A stretch of DNA of 32,000 bases from Candidatus Saccharimonadota bacterium (GCA_963706795.1 OY970170.1:240001-272000), one strand, 5' to 3'. Shown: positions 1-12,666, numbered from the stretch's first letter. Translations and numbers: made by a program. Notes: generated from the sequence alone by a model not told the origin.

Positions 1-391
1 GTGGAAGTGCGAGCTCAGATTCGTGCTCAAATCTTGTTGCGTAACCACCAAAATATCCAAGATCATGGTAGGTCATAACTTTATATGCATCAGACGCGAC
101 AACCGACTCAAGTGCGAGTGGACCAAGAGCACGAACAACCGAATGACACCAAATAACTTCGGGCTTAAAATCACGAATAACATGTGTGAGTCTCGATCGT
201 ACCAGTGGATTCCAGTATGAAGTAAGCAGCCCAAGTATTCGCCCAAATCTTGAAGGCATATGTTCAACGGCGCCAAAAACATATACTTCATATCCTCTCT
301 TCTCGAGGAGTGAAGTGATGGTTACAAGATGGGTCTCAATACCGCCAATAGGAGCAAGATAATCACTTACGAGCAAAATACGCTTCCCTGC
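1..391 (-). CDS. Glycosyltransferase, GT4-type GT-B N-terminal domain (partial; continues past window start)
   Basis: The minus frame reads AGKRILLVSDYLAPIGGIETHLVTITSLLEKRGYEVYVFG...VIWCHSVV...KVMTYHDLGY, the canonical N-terminus of GT4 enzymes. There is no TAA/TAG down to position 2. It has no ATG of its own; a possible TTG lies at 374-376 after GGGAAG. It is in frame with the upstream CDS across the TGA at 392-394. Confidence 0.6.
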
Positions 392-1009
392 TCAAATCTG
401 GTGAGCAATATGATCTGACCAGTGATCTGGCGAATACTTTGCGGCGATATCACGGGCCGTGTGAGACTGACGACGCCAGTCATTTCCCGAAAATCGACCG
501 ATCATTGCAGAAACGCATTCCAAAAATAATGCCGTATCCCTACCATCATCACCCGAATCCGCAAGCGCATGTTCTGAGAGTAAAAACTGTGTAAGTCCTC
601 CCTTTTTGTACCCAACTACCGGCACACCATACGAAATTGCTTCGAGTGCAGAGAGCCCAAAAGATTCGAGAAATCTCGATGGCATGAGCATATAGTGCGA
701 GCTCATAAGTGCTTGCCCAATAATACGAGATGGACGATGTCCAAAATATACAACCTTCTCCCCTCATTGAGGCAGTGCACCATTTGAAGCATCAAGAAAT
801 CATGGAAATTTCGAGAGTTCCAAAATCATTTTTTTACGAAGCGCTCCATCGCCATAGATGCTGAGTGTTGCCCGAGAGGCATCGTGCGCCAAGATATATT
901 TGGCGACCGTAATAACCCGATCAAATCCCTTTTCAGCTACGAGTCGACCAACAAAGAGGAAACGGACTGAGGTTTGTTTATCGCGGAGATCCGTTTTTTC
1001 TTGTGACAT
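392..1009 (-). CDS. Glycosyltransferase GT-B C-terminal Rossmann half only (no N-terminal domain upstream)
   Basis: Motifs VRFLFVGRLVAEKGFD and MPSRFLESFGLSALEAISYGVPVV are typical of a GT1/GT4 C-terminal domain. ORF fragments 392-706 and 800-1030 share one frame and are joined by in-frame TGAs at 764-766 and 800-802. The ATG is at 1007-1009, with an alternative TTG at 1028-1030. The frame 'ends' only at TGA 392-394, which is a sense codon here. Confidence 0.6.
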
Positions 1010-2279
1010 GCGGAGCAAGGATGAGACCAATAATCATAAAGAACAGGAGCGAAATGTATGTGGATTCGAAACTGTGCAAGAAGAGATTCATAACGCTCGC
1101 CGCTATAAATGAAGCAAAGAGGAAGATATTTTTTTGAGCGAGCCCCACCAAAATAAGCCCCATAATCGCAAGAAATATCGCAAATCCTATGATTCCCCCT
1201 TCAACCATCTGCTGAATATACCAGCTCTCTGGAATATAGTAATCTTCCATTTTTTTGTTGTCGCCTTCAAAGAGTGACTCATCTGTCTCAGGATGGTGCA
1301 CATATCGATATGCAGGACCTGAAGTTGCAAGACCCGATCCGAGCGGCTTTACCTTCGCACGCTCGAGACCAATAATCGCACGATCAAAGTGCCCCTTAGT
1401 AGAGTCTTCTCGGAGAATTATACGATCAATCGTACTCTCAAACTTGAGAGCGAAGAGTCCAAGGAACACAAAAAGCAGAGGAACTGCTATCAGGACTTTC
1501 TTTGCGTGTTTCTTGAGAATAACACGGATCGAGAGCGCTATGAGTGCAAATATTCCTATGAAGAGCCCGATAAGTGCGCTTCGTGAATATGTAAAAAATA
1601 TCACTCCTATGAGGAGGAGACCCCAAAGTGAGAGAATGTAGTGATATTTTTTATTCTCTCGGAAATAGTATGCAAGTACTCCAAGATAGACGATGATGAA
1701 GTACGCCGCAGGATTCGGACCATCAAAAATCCCCTGGAAACGTCGCACATTGGCACCATCGATCCCATGATAGATAGGAATACTTCCTCCAAACATCCAG
1801 TTTGAGAGATTCCCCGAAAATCCAAAATGCAGAAGAATTGCTTCCCCAAATACAAATCGTACCAAGATACCTATAGCGAGTGCCGCAGAACCCGAAATCA
1901 AAAAGAGTTTCAGATAATACGAAATCGGCTTATCCAAGAGAGGAAACCCCTTACGAATGAGGAAAAATGCGAGCAGGAATTCAAAGTCATATCGCCCTCC
2001 ATAAAACAAATTGGAGAATGGAAGCTTATTTGCAAGCGTAACCGCTACAAGAACGAGGACGTACAGTCCACAGAGGATATCAAGCCGATCGAATTCCCAT
2101 TTGAGTTTTTTGGTAGCATACGCGAAACCAAGCATACCAGTGAGTCCTACGAGAAGGACTTCTTTGTAGATACCAGCACTCGGAACTCCAAGTTTGTATT
2201 CCACAAAAACCGAGAGTAATACGTGAAACGGAAGAATCACGAAGAGTGCACGAACAATAAGATCAAATACGCGAGACAT
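978..2279 (-). CDS. O-antigen ligase/polymerase-like (Wzy_C-type) polytopic membrane protein
   Basis: Uninterrupted 433-aa ORF ending in TAA. It has about 10-12 hydrophobic helices, a YSRSALIGLFIGIFALIAL segment, and a periplasmic-loop-like region typical of the O-antigen ligase family. Confidence 0.55.
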   Translation of the reverse strand: MSRVFDLIVRALFVILPFHVLLSVFVEYKLGVPSAGIYKEVLLVGLTGMLGFAYATKKLKWEFDRLDILCGLYVLVLVAVTLANKLPFSNLFYGGRYDFEFLLAFFLIRKGFPLLDKPISYYLKLFLISGSAALAIGILVRFVFGEAILLHFGFSGNLSNWMFGGSIPIYHGIDGANVRRFQGIFDGPNPAAYFIIVYLGVLAYYFRENKKYHYILSLWGLLLIGVIFFTYSRSALIGLFIGIFALIALSIRVILKKHAKKVLIAVPLLFVFLGLFALKFESTIDRIILREDSTKGHFDRAIIGLERAKVKPLGSGLATSGPAYRYVHHPETDESLFEGDNKKMEDYYIPESWYIQQMVEGGIIGFAIFLAIMGLILVGLAQKNIFLFASFIAASVMNLFLHSFESTYISLLFFMIIGLILAPHVTRKNGSPR

Positions 2280-2349
2280 AGAGAAAAAGATGACTTGCGT
2301 ATCATATGAAATTCATTAGAATTGGCAATCGCCTTTCTTAACGAACCTC

Positions 2350-2628
2350 ATGAATATTGATCTCTCAAAAGTCGCACCACTTGCTGGTACGATCAGAAAA
2401 CCTCACGTAAATTCTACCTGTATTGGTTGCAGCGCCTGTACTGCAATCAGTGGAGATGTTTTTGAGCTCGATAATGACGGCCTCTCTTGTGTAAAATCAC
2501 GCACAGATTACGAAGGTTTCGATGTTGATGATGCCATCGCTGCATGTCCAGTAAATGCTATCTCATGGCAAGAAGCAACCGCTGACGGAACATACACAAA
2601 TGGTGTAGCTGAGCACTTAGACGTATAA
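2350..2628 (+). CDS. Small ferredoxin (single Fe-S cluster type)
   Basis: 92-aa ORF with CIGCSAC...CP (CxxCxxC...CP) cluster ligands. It ends in TAA and is followed directly by a terminator. Confidence 0.7.
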   Translation: MNIDLSKVAPLAGTIRKPHVNSTCIGCSACTAISGDVFELDNDGLSCVKSRTDYEGFDVDDAIAACPVNAISWQEATADGTYTNGVAEHLDV

Positions 2629-2640
2629 ATATACAGATTT

Positions 2641-2682
2641 AAAAAAATCCCCTTCGCTCCTAAGAGCTTCGGGGATTTTTTT
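2641..2682. terminator. Bidirectional intrinsic terminator between ferredoxin (+) and FtsW/RodA (-)
   Basis: AAATCCCC (2645-2652) pairs with GGGGATTT (2671-2678), with an inner GCTC/GAGC pairing. An A-run lies on the left and a T-run on the right. Confidence 0.8.
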
Positions 2683-2714
2683 AAATCTGTGAAGCTCTTA
2701 GGGAGTATGAGAGC

Positions 2715-3932
2715 TTAGAAATGCAATGATCGTCTTCTTCCAAATATCCCAGTATTGCTCGTGGTCACATCCTCGTATCGGACAGATTTGGAGATGTTGA
2801 GTAAAATACCGATACCGATGAGTAAGGACATGAGCGATGAACCTCCGTAGCTCACAAACGGCATGGTAACTCCCGTGAGCGGCAGGATATTGAGATTTAC
2901 ACCGACATTCAGCCCCATCTGTGCGAGGATCCATATAGTGACACCAGTTGCCACATATTTAGCGAAGGGATCATCCACTCGCCGTGCAATGCGAAATCAC
3001 CGGTATCCTATAAATCCATAGGAGCATACAAGTACAAATACGCCAGCAAATCCAAGCTCTTCGGCAATCACCGAGAATATAAAGTCTCATTCGACCTCGG
3101 GCAGATATCCAAATTTTTGAACGGATTTTCCAAATCAGAGCCCTGCAAATCCACCGCTCCCAATCGCAATAAGTCCTTGCTTAGTCTGAAAGTTGATTGA
3201 TTGATTTTGAATTGAGGTTTTATTATCCGAGAGAAAATTATCAATACGCTGCGAGATGTAAAAAAACTTACTTCATTCCGTTGCTTTCCCTATGCCATAA
3301 ATCGACAAAGCAAAGCAGAAGAATATAACTGCCGATACAGCTAAATGCCTCATACTTCCACCTCCTACAAAAAACATACCGACCGCAATCGGAGCCAAAA
3401 GGAGCACCGATCCAAAGTCCGGCTGCAATGCCAAGAGAACCACCACCGAAGACAGAAGCACCATAAATGGAATAAATCATCCCGCAAGTGTCGCCACCTC
3501 TGAGCGTTTCTTTTTAAGGAAGGTCGCAAGATAGAGAATGAGTGCGAGCTTCATGAATTCGACTGGCTGGAGGGAGAAGGGTAAATATGGAATATTGATC
3601 CATCACCTCGCTCCGTTATATACTGCACCAAAAAAGAGAACCGCAACCAGAAGACTAAGTCCTACAAAAAATATCTGCTTGGAATATCGCTCAAAAAACT
3701 CGTATGGAGTTTTCGCAATGAATGCAAAGAGGAAAAATCCAATAATAACGTGCGAAATATTTCGGATGAGATAAAAATAGTTGTTCGGCTCGCTAATTTT
3801 ACCCGCAGCTGCCATCAGTGAAGTTACCTTAAAAGAAGGATATACACTCACTGAGCTGATCATCACCATTCCAAATATAACGAGTCATAAGACTACAAAA
3901 AATATTCCATAGTCGATGGTTTTTACCTTCAT
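2715..3932 (-). CDS. SEDS family peptidoglycan polymerase (FtsW/RodA)
   Basis: Fragments 2715-2978, 3273-3464 and 3603-3869 share one frame. I translated the gaps by hand and found no TAA/TAG. There are seven in-frame TGAs (2997, 3087, 3135, 3273, 3477, 3603, 3885). Motifs include MKVKTIDYGIFFVVLGLVIFGMVMISS, LQPVEFMKLALILYLA, LQPDFGS and QGLIAIGSGGFAGLG. The stop is TAA. The ATG at 3930-3932 overlaps the yggT stop (TAATG). Confidence 0.85.
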
Positions 3933-4225
3933 TAAAACAGAGCTATATAAGGAATATTGAGAATAATCGCAGGGAATTTTTGAAGAATGAGCGCCTCGAG
4001 TATCTGTATCACCAACAGGATGATAAAACTACTAAAATCGAGTCCACCAAACTGAACAGGGAGATATTTGTATACCACATCATACACTGGCTTGAGAGCA
4101 GCATGAAAAAATGGAATAATGATCTGAATCCCAAAAAGCGGAAGCCATGAGAGAATGATATCGAGGATAATTATCCACTTACAAATCTCGAGAAAAACAA
4201 AAAACGGAAGAATGATGATGTCCAT
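3932..4225 (-). CDS. yggT: YggT family membrane protein
   Basis: The ILDIILSWLP...ALKPVYDVVYKYLPVQFGGLDFSSFIILLVIQIL pattern is typical of YggT/Ycf19. The first ATG is at 4223-4225; the track start at 4258 is a TTG abutting the upstream terminator. The TAA stop overlaps the FtsW/RodA ATG. Confidence 0.65.
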   Translation of the reverse strand: MDIIILPFFVFLEICKWIIILDIILSWLPLFGIQIIIPFFHAALKPVYDVVYKYLPVQFGGLDFSSFIILLVIQILEALILQKFPAIILNIPYIALF

Positions 4226-4254
4226 GGCCGTATCATATTCAAAACGACTGGCGA

Positions 4255-4291
4255 TCAAAAAAATCTCCCCCGATTTTGGGGAGATTTTTTA
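4255..4291 (-). terminator. Intrinsic terminator after the LPXTG surface protein gene
   Basis: A 10-bp stem, AAATCTCCCC (4261-4270) with GGGGAGATTT (4278-4287), flanked by A and T runs. Confidence 0.8.
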
Positions 4292-4307
4292 AAACAGTAG
4301 TTTATAA

Positions 4308-5291
4308 CTACGCACGCTTCTTGCGAGCAACGTAGACAATGGCAAATGAGAGAACTGCTGCCAAGAGGAGGAGGAGATTTTCTTGAGTTCCTGTCTTTGG
4401 AAGAGTAGTCGAATCAGCAAGCGATCCTGACATAGTGACACCTGACATCATAGCTCCTGATTCAGTAGGTGCTGCATTGAGAGCAACTGGGAGAGTTCCG
4501 GCTGCAACTGCGAGATTAGCACTTGTTGCGAATTCTTTTATTGCATTCACACCTTCTTGAATAGAAGCACCTGTGATATCCTTTGCAGAGATAATGGTTA
4601 CTGAGTAGCTTGAAGTTGGATCGAGCTTACCAGTGAGTGAGACCTGAACCTTCTTTGGATCGAGAGTGTCAACTACGGCTGAAGCAACAGCGACTGCTGA
4701 GCTATCGAGTGTCTTTGAAATCTTGAGCGTTACAGGAGAAGTAGTCGCAACTGGGGAGCTGAATTCAAGAGTAATTGCCTTAGCATTGCTTGCAACTACT
4801 GATGCGAGCTTGAAGCTTGAAGTAGCAGTCATTGTAGCACCTGTAGATGTAGCAGTTGTTGCTACGAGTTTTACTGAGAGTTCTGCTGAATTTGTAGCAG
4901 ATTCGTTGTTGTCCTTATCGAGTGCAACGACTGCAAAGTAATATGTTGATCCTGCGGTCAAGCTACTTACGGTAGTACCTGTAGCAGTTACCTGATCTGT
5001 TTCGAGTTCATATACCGCAGTCTTCCCTGCTTTGAATGCCTCAGCAACAGAAGTTTTAGAGTACTTTACGATGTATGAAGTCGCTGCAGGAACCTTTGCC
5101 CACGAAAGTGTTGCAGAAGTTGTTGTATTTGATACGAGAGTTGGTGCACCTGGAACATTAAGTTCTTCGTGAAGTACAGAAGATGAAGTTGTACCCGTAG
5201 ACGTTGTTGCACCTGTTGCAGCAAAGCTTACAACTGGAAGAAGTCCGAGTACAAAAATCGCGCTCAGCGTTGTTATTTTGTGAATTCCCAT
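4308..5291 (-). CDS. Secreted, sortase-anchored (LPXTG) surface protein with a fibronectin type III-like domain
   Basis: N-terminal signal peptide (LGLLPVVSFAATG). FN3-like segment (APTLVSNTTTSATLSWAKVPAATSYIVKYS...STYYFAVVALDKDNNES). Ser/Thr/Ala-rich. C-terminal LPKTG (4389-4403), then a hydrophobic helix and an RKKRA tail. Stop is TAG. Confidence 0.8.
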   Translation of the reverse strand: MGIHKITTLSAIFVLGLLPVVSFAATGATTSTGTTSSSVLHEELNVPGAPTLVSNTTTSATLSWAKVPAATSYIVKYSKTSVAEAFKAGKTAVYELETDQVTATGTTVSSLTAGSTYYFAVVALDKDNNESATNSAELSVKLVATTATSTGATMTATSSFKLASVVASNAKAITLEFSSPVATTSPVTLKISKTLDSSAVAVASAVVDTLDPKKVQVSLTGKLDPTSSYSVTIISAKDITGASIQEGVNAIKEFATSANLAVAAGTLPVALNAAPTESGAMMSGVTMSGSLADSTTLPKTGTQENLLLLLAAVLSFAIVYVARKKRA

Positions 5292-5330
5292 AAAAGATTG
5301 GTAAAAATTAAGCTTTCCAAATAAGTGCGT

Positions 5331-5358
5331 TTGGAAAAGCGTACAAAAAAAGTATATT
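5331..5358 (+). promoter_or_regulatory. Candidate sigma-70-type promoter for the pilin gene
   Basis: TTGGAA (5331-5336), a 16-nt spacer, then TATATT (5353-5358), about 40 nt upstream of the ATG at 5397. Confidence 0.3.
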
Positions 5359-5396
5359 CAGTGAGAGATTTTTTTGCAAATAATTCACCCCTTTTT

Positions 5397-5969
5397 ATGG
5401 CTTCCTGTCGAGCAAAAAAAACCGTTCGGGGTTTTACGCTTATCGAGCTCATGGTCGTAATCGTATTAATAGCTATACTTGCACTCCTCGGAAGCAGCAT
5501 TGACTTCAACAAGATCAACAATGAAGAAAGAAGCAAACAGTTTGCGCAAAACGTCTCAAATCTCATAAGTACAGAGGTGATTCATGCGCTTTCTGGCAAG
5601 AGTATATTGCAGTCAGGTGTACTTGCGTATCCATGAGTAGCAAGAATCACACTCACAAACTCGTGAGTTGCTGTAGGATATTACTCTGGGACTACACTCA
5701 TACAGACGGGACCAACACTGAGTTCACCATTTTATGGAGACAGCTGGTATGCGATCTCAGCAATCCGTATGAAAAATGGATCATCGACCTACGCACTCGC
5801 AAATGGCGATGTTGCGACAATTGATCTCGCAGGAAGCAAGGATACTGTCATGAGTTATTCAGGTGCCAGCTCGTGAGATGCGATCACACTCGAGATGGAT
5901 CTTGGATATCATGGGGTATATAAAACACTCGAGTACGACAGAAGATCAAATATCATACAAATGAAATAA
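5397..5969 (+). CDS. Type IV pilin / pseudopilin-like protein (prepilin N-terminal methylation motif)
   Basis: MASCRAKKTVRG|FTLIELMVVIVLIAILA is a classic class III signal peptide with Glu5. The track ORF stops at TGA 5634. Reading through in-frame TGAs at 5634, 5664 and 5874 gives a 190-aa protein ending in TAA at 5967-5969. Confidence 0.8.
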
Positions 5970-6017
5970 AGAAGCTCCTATACAGTTATAAATCGATCTC
6001 CTTGATCAACCGCGCTT

Positions 6018-7790
6018 ATGCATACACCATCACCCGAAATGAAAGAAAAGGCAGCTCTTGTTGAGACAAATATAGTTTCGTTCAATAATAAGCTTTCGGA
6101 CGAGATAGAAATCACACGAATATTGGATTATGTGGCTAAACTTGTGCAATTTATTCATGACAGTGCACATCCAGAAGAAGCTCCACTCATGAGTGGATTT
6201 AAAGATGTGGATCGCCTAAAGGCTCAAATTGTTAAAGAAGCTCATATTTTTGTTGAACAAGAAGCGCAGATTAATGCAACTGATTCGAAAGCTATACGTA
6301 TTGAAAAGATTCTTGGCACAAAAACGATGCAAGACTTTTTTACACTGATCACAAGGTATGATGAAAAAAGAACACTGATACCAGATGAAGTATACGAACA
6401 GTTCACACGACGTAAGATAATCGAGCAGCAACTCGTAATGCAGAACTGAGAAAATTACCAAGATGCAAAAACTGGACTCTTCAATGGAGAATTTCTCAAA
6501 AACTACATACCGAACGCACTAAACGATGTAGAAAAAAATGGCGGCAAGCTCACTCTTGTTTCGATTGATATTAATAACTTTCACAATATTAATCACCATT
6601 TTGGACACGAAACTGGCGATGAACTTTTGCGTGCTATTGGACAGCGACTGCAGGAAACTCTTCGCAAGAGTGATATAGTCTCACTCCGAGGACAAAAACT
6701 TATTCGTGCCTATGGCAAGCAATTCCTCATCGTTTCGAGTGTAGCAAATAAGGAGGATGTTACTATTTTAGCACAAAAGATACTGGAGGGATTTAGAGCT
6801 CCTTTTGCCCTTGAACAAGAAGAGGATGCAACAAATGATGCACACTTTACCCCGAGTATTCTTACACCAAGCATTGGAGTGAGTGTATACCCAGAGGATG
6901 GAAAAGACTACGATACACTTCTAAAAAAGGCAGAAATTGCCATGTATTCAGCAAAAAAGGCAGGCGGAAATGTATTTGAGGTCTACACAAGCAAAATGAG
7001 TGCAGATCTCACTGCAGAAATTGAGCTTGAAGCAGGAATACTTCATGCATTAGAGAACAATGAATTTGAACTCTACTATCAGCCCCAAATTGACCTTAGT
7101 AACGATACTCTTGCCTGAGTAGAGGCACTCATTCGCTGGAATCATCCCGAAAAATGACTCCTCTCCCCAGGGCACTTTATCGATTTTGTTAATAAAAAAG
7201 AGCAGCTCACTAATCGCCTTTGAAAATGGGTTTTTATAGCAGCATGCAAACAAGCGGTTCTCTGGAAAAAGCGAGGTTTTAATGCGAAAATTTGAGTGAA
7301 TTTTTCAGCAGGACTCTTCAGTAATAAAGATATCGTAAAGGAGATGGAAGCAATTCTTATAGAAACCTGAGCTGATCCAGCCTATATTGAGCTCGAAGTA
7401 GTCGAGTGAGCTCTCGAAAATATCGAAGAGACGGCGAGCATTTTAGAGAAATTTAAAGAAATTGGATTTCATATTTCGATTGATGACTTTTGAACTGGGT
7501 ATTCATCTTTTGGACATATTCTTAGATTTCCGATTGATACAATCAAGATTGATAAGTACTTTGTTGATACTATTAATGATCCAAATTTACGACACCATGG
7601 TATCAACCTCCTAGCAGGAATGATTGACCTTGGACACCGTCTTAAAAAGCGCATGCTCGTCGAATGAGTGGAGACCATCGAACAAAAGACTCTTCTTATC
7701 TGAGCAGGATGTGATCTTATACAGGGATATTTTTATGACAAACCACTGCGACTTGCTGATCTCGAGGCAAAATATGGAAAGACAGAGTAA
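6018..7790 (+). CDS. c-di-GMP signalling protein: N-terminal unknown domain, degenerate GGDEF domain and intact EAL phosphodiesterase domain
   Basis: Fragments 6018-6449 and 6627-7118 and the downstream sequence share one frame, with 10 in-frame TGAs. The GGDEF fold is present (DAKTGLFNGEF...IDINNFHNINHHFGHETGDELL), but the active-site motif reads YGKQF (6711-6725). EAL-domain residues are present: ELYYQPQ, EALIRW, ELEVVE, DDF-G-TGYSS (Gly = TGA 7491-7493), KIDK, E-G-VE (Gly = TGA 7665-7667) and QGYF. Stop is TAA. Confidence 0.85.
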
Positions 7791-7812
7791 AATTTAATTC
7801 CTTAAAGGCATT

Positions 7813-7842
7813 AAAAAAATCCCCATCACTGGGGATTTTTTT
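7813..7842. terminator. Bidirectional intrinsic terminator (GGDEF/EAL gene on +, 5S rRNA on -)
   Basis: AAAAATCCCC (7815-7824) pairs with GGGGATTTTT (7831-7840) around a 6-nt loop. Confidence 0.85.
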
Positions 7843-7882
7843 AATATCTCTTGAGATCACTCTCGAAGAATTTTCGATTCAA

Positions 7883-7998
7883 TCTTGGCGTTTACCGACT
7901 CTCCCACCGTTAAGACGGCAGTACCATAGGCACGACAAAGCTTAACTTCTGTGTTCGGGATGGGAACAGGTGTACCCTTTGCGTATTAAACACCAAGA
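7883..7998 (-). rRNA. rrf: 5S ribosomal RNA
   Basis: The reverse complement reads TCTTGGTGTTTAATACGCAAAGGGTACACCTGTTCCCATCCCGAACACAGAAGTTAAGC...GGTGGGAGAGTCGGTAAACGCCAAGA, which carries the universal 5S motifs. Ends are good to a few nt. Confidence 0.9.
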
Positions 7999-8165
7999 TC
8001 GAAGAGAAAATGACTCCGAGGAATGGATCTCGTACGAGAGATAGATGATGAGAGAAGCAGGAGTGTGTGAGTCAGTCTTGCGACTGACTCTGTGCTCTTT
8101 TCCTGAAAATTGTGGAGAGAACTATGCGCTCTGACATGCGATTAACGAAAGTATCATTTGATACG

Positions 8166-8186
8166 CCATCAACTTGAATCATAAGC
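8166..8186 (-). other. 3' strand of the 23S rRNA processing stem
   Basis: CCATCAACTTGAATCATAAGC is complementary to 11234-11254 (7 + 11 bp with a 3x3 internal loop). The two segments bracket the 23S gene like an RNase III processing helix. Confidence 0.65.
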
Positions 8187-11224
<3,038 letters not shown>

Positions 11225-11233
11225 TATATTCTG

Positions 11234-11254
11234 GCTTATGATTCTCTTTGATGG
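11234..11254 (-). other. 5' strand of the 23S rRNA processing stem
   Basis: GCTTATGATTCTCTTTGATGG is complementary to 8166-8186 and lies about 10 nt upstream of the 23S 5' end. Confidence 0.65.
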
Positions 11255-11554
11255 TTTGTTGAGTTTTGTAACAAAACGATACTTTGTTTGGAATTCATGT
11301 TTAATGGAATGGAGCTTTCTGACGTTTGTTTGAGTTGGACTTGCGTCCTTCTCAGTCTTTGGTCTTGTGCTTTGTGTCCGTTATGTGAATTGCAATTGTT
11401 TTTCGCATGTTTAGTTTTGTATATATGCCCTTTTGTGAAGCATATATACGCGTTTATTTTACTTAGTTACTCTTCACGACATTCTTCGTGTTTCTCTCAT
11501 CGTCTATTTCTCGTACGTAGATGTTAAGGGGCATTTCTTTTTCAGAGCTCGGGA

Positions 11555-11582
11555 AGTATATAAAAAAGGATACCGAAGTCAA
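11555..11582 (-). promoter_or_regulatory. Candidate promoter of the 23S-5S operon
   Basis: On the minus strand: TTGACT (complement of 11577-11582), a 16-nt spacer, then TATACT (complement of 11555-11560). It is divergent from the folD promoter and implies a leader of about 325 nt. Confidence 0.45.
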
Positions 11583-11601
11583 AAGCATTTTTGGTAAAAA
11601 A

Positions 11602-11628
11602 TTGATACTCCCGAATTCCCTCTATAAT
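11602..11628 (+). promoter_or_regulatory. Candidate folD promoter
   Basis: TTGATA (11602-11607) and a perfect TATAAT (11623-11628), but the spacer is a short 15 nt. It lies 24 nt upstream of the ATG. Confidence 0.3.
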
Positions 11629-11651
11629 ACAGGAAAATTAATTCACTTTTC

Positions 11652-12482
11652 ATGATTTTAGAAGGTCGAAGTTTACGCGATACTATTCTCCAAAATCTCA
11701 GGACAGAAATCCTCACATTTGCCAGACCCCCAAAACTCCAAATTATTCTCGTCGGAGAAAATCCTGCGAGTCAGACATATATTCGCCAAAAACAAAAGGC
11801 TGCCGACGAGATTGGACTCGTTTGTGAACTTCTTCAATTTACGTCCGACGTCACAGAGGATGGGATACTCGAAGCAATCAAAAAGACGAATAGTGATACA
11901 TCCATTGATGGACTCATTATTCAATTGCCTCTTCCACAACATATTCGTAGCGAGCGTGTGATCGAGGCAATCGATCCAAAAAAAGATGTCGACGGGTATT
12001 CAAAGGAAAATATAGCAAACGTCCTTCTCTGAAGTCATAACAGCCTCGAAGCCTGTACTCCTAAGGGGGTTATGAGGCTTCTCGCACATTACAATATTCC
12101 TATTACATGAAAAAACGCGGTTGTTGTCGGATATGGAGCAGTGGGCAAGCCTATGTCAGCAATGCTCTCCAATGCAGGAGCAACGGTCACTGTCTGCACC
12201 GAACATACAAAAAATCCGAGCACCTATACCAAATTGGCCGACATCATCGTCGTAGCCGTCGGCCGCCCATGAATCCTCAAGACAGATATGGTCTCACCCT
12301 GAGCATTTATCATCGATGTTGGCATTAATCGAACGACAGAAGGCAGTCTCGTGGGTGATGCCGACTTTGAGGGAATCTCTCAATTTGCACATATTAGTCC
12401 AGTTCCTGGAGGTGTATGACCAATGACGGTAGCGATGTTGCTGGAGAATACTGTTGTGGCATATAAGAGGAATGTGGTATAG
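11652..12482 (+). CDS. folD: Bifunctional methylenetetrahydrofolate dehydrogenase / methenyl-THF cyclohydrolase
   Basis: [31 protein letters not shown] and DVDG are present. Five in-frame TGAs include PVPGGV-G-PMT (TGA 12417-12419). The 276-aa protein ends in TAG at 12480-12482. Confidence 0.9.
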
Positions 12483-12621
12483 GAATTTATGTGTCGGGAT
12501 TAAATCTCTACCCTTGTCGAACAAACAAAAAGAAACGGACGATACCCAAGGGCACAGGTTCACGAGACAGCGAGATCCACAAAGCACGAGGTGTGGCAAT
12601 TCCACACAATAAAAATTCACC

Positions 12622-12659
12622 AAAAAAAATCCCCCTTCAAATCGAAGAGGGATTTTTTA
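12622..12659. terminator. Bidirectional intrinsic terminator (folD on +, LysM-CHAP gene on -)
   Basis: AAATCCCCCTTC pairs with GAAGAGGGATTT (one mismatch), flanked by an A8 run and a T6 run. Confidence 0.75.
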
Positions 12660-12666
12660 TTTCTTA

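Noticed and set aside
2641-2682. A recurring AAAAAATCCCC...GGGGATTTTTT-type palindrome also occurs near 4255, 7813, 12622, 20064, 25180, 27957, 30001, 31076 and 31652. It could be a dispersed repeat, a MITE or a CRISPR-like element.
   Set aside because: The copies share only the generic A-tract/GC-stem/T-tract architecture. Each sits exactly at a gene end, their stems and loops differ, and there is no regular spacing. They are intrinsic, often bidirectional, terminators.
12483-12621. The 140-nt non-coding gap after folD could be an sRNA.
   Set aside because: I saw only a short hairpin (GTGTGG-CAATT-CCACAC, 12591-12607) and a weak CCCTTG/CAAGGG pairing. There is no promoter-like element and no distinctive motif, so the evidence is insufficient.
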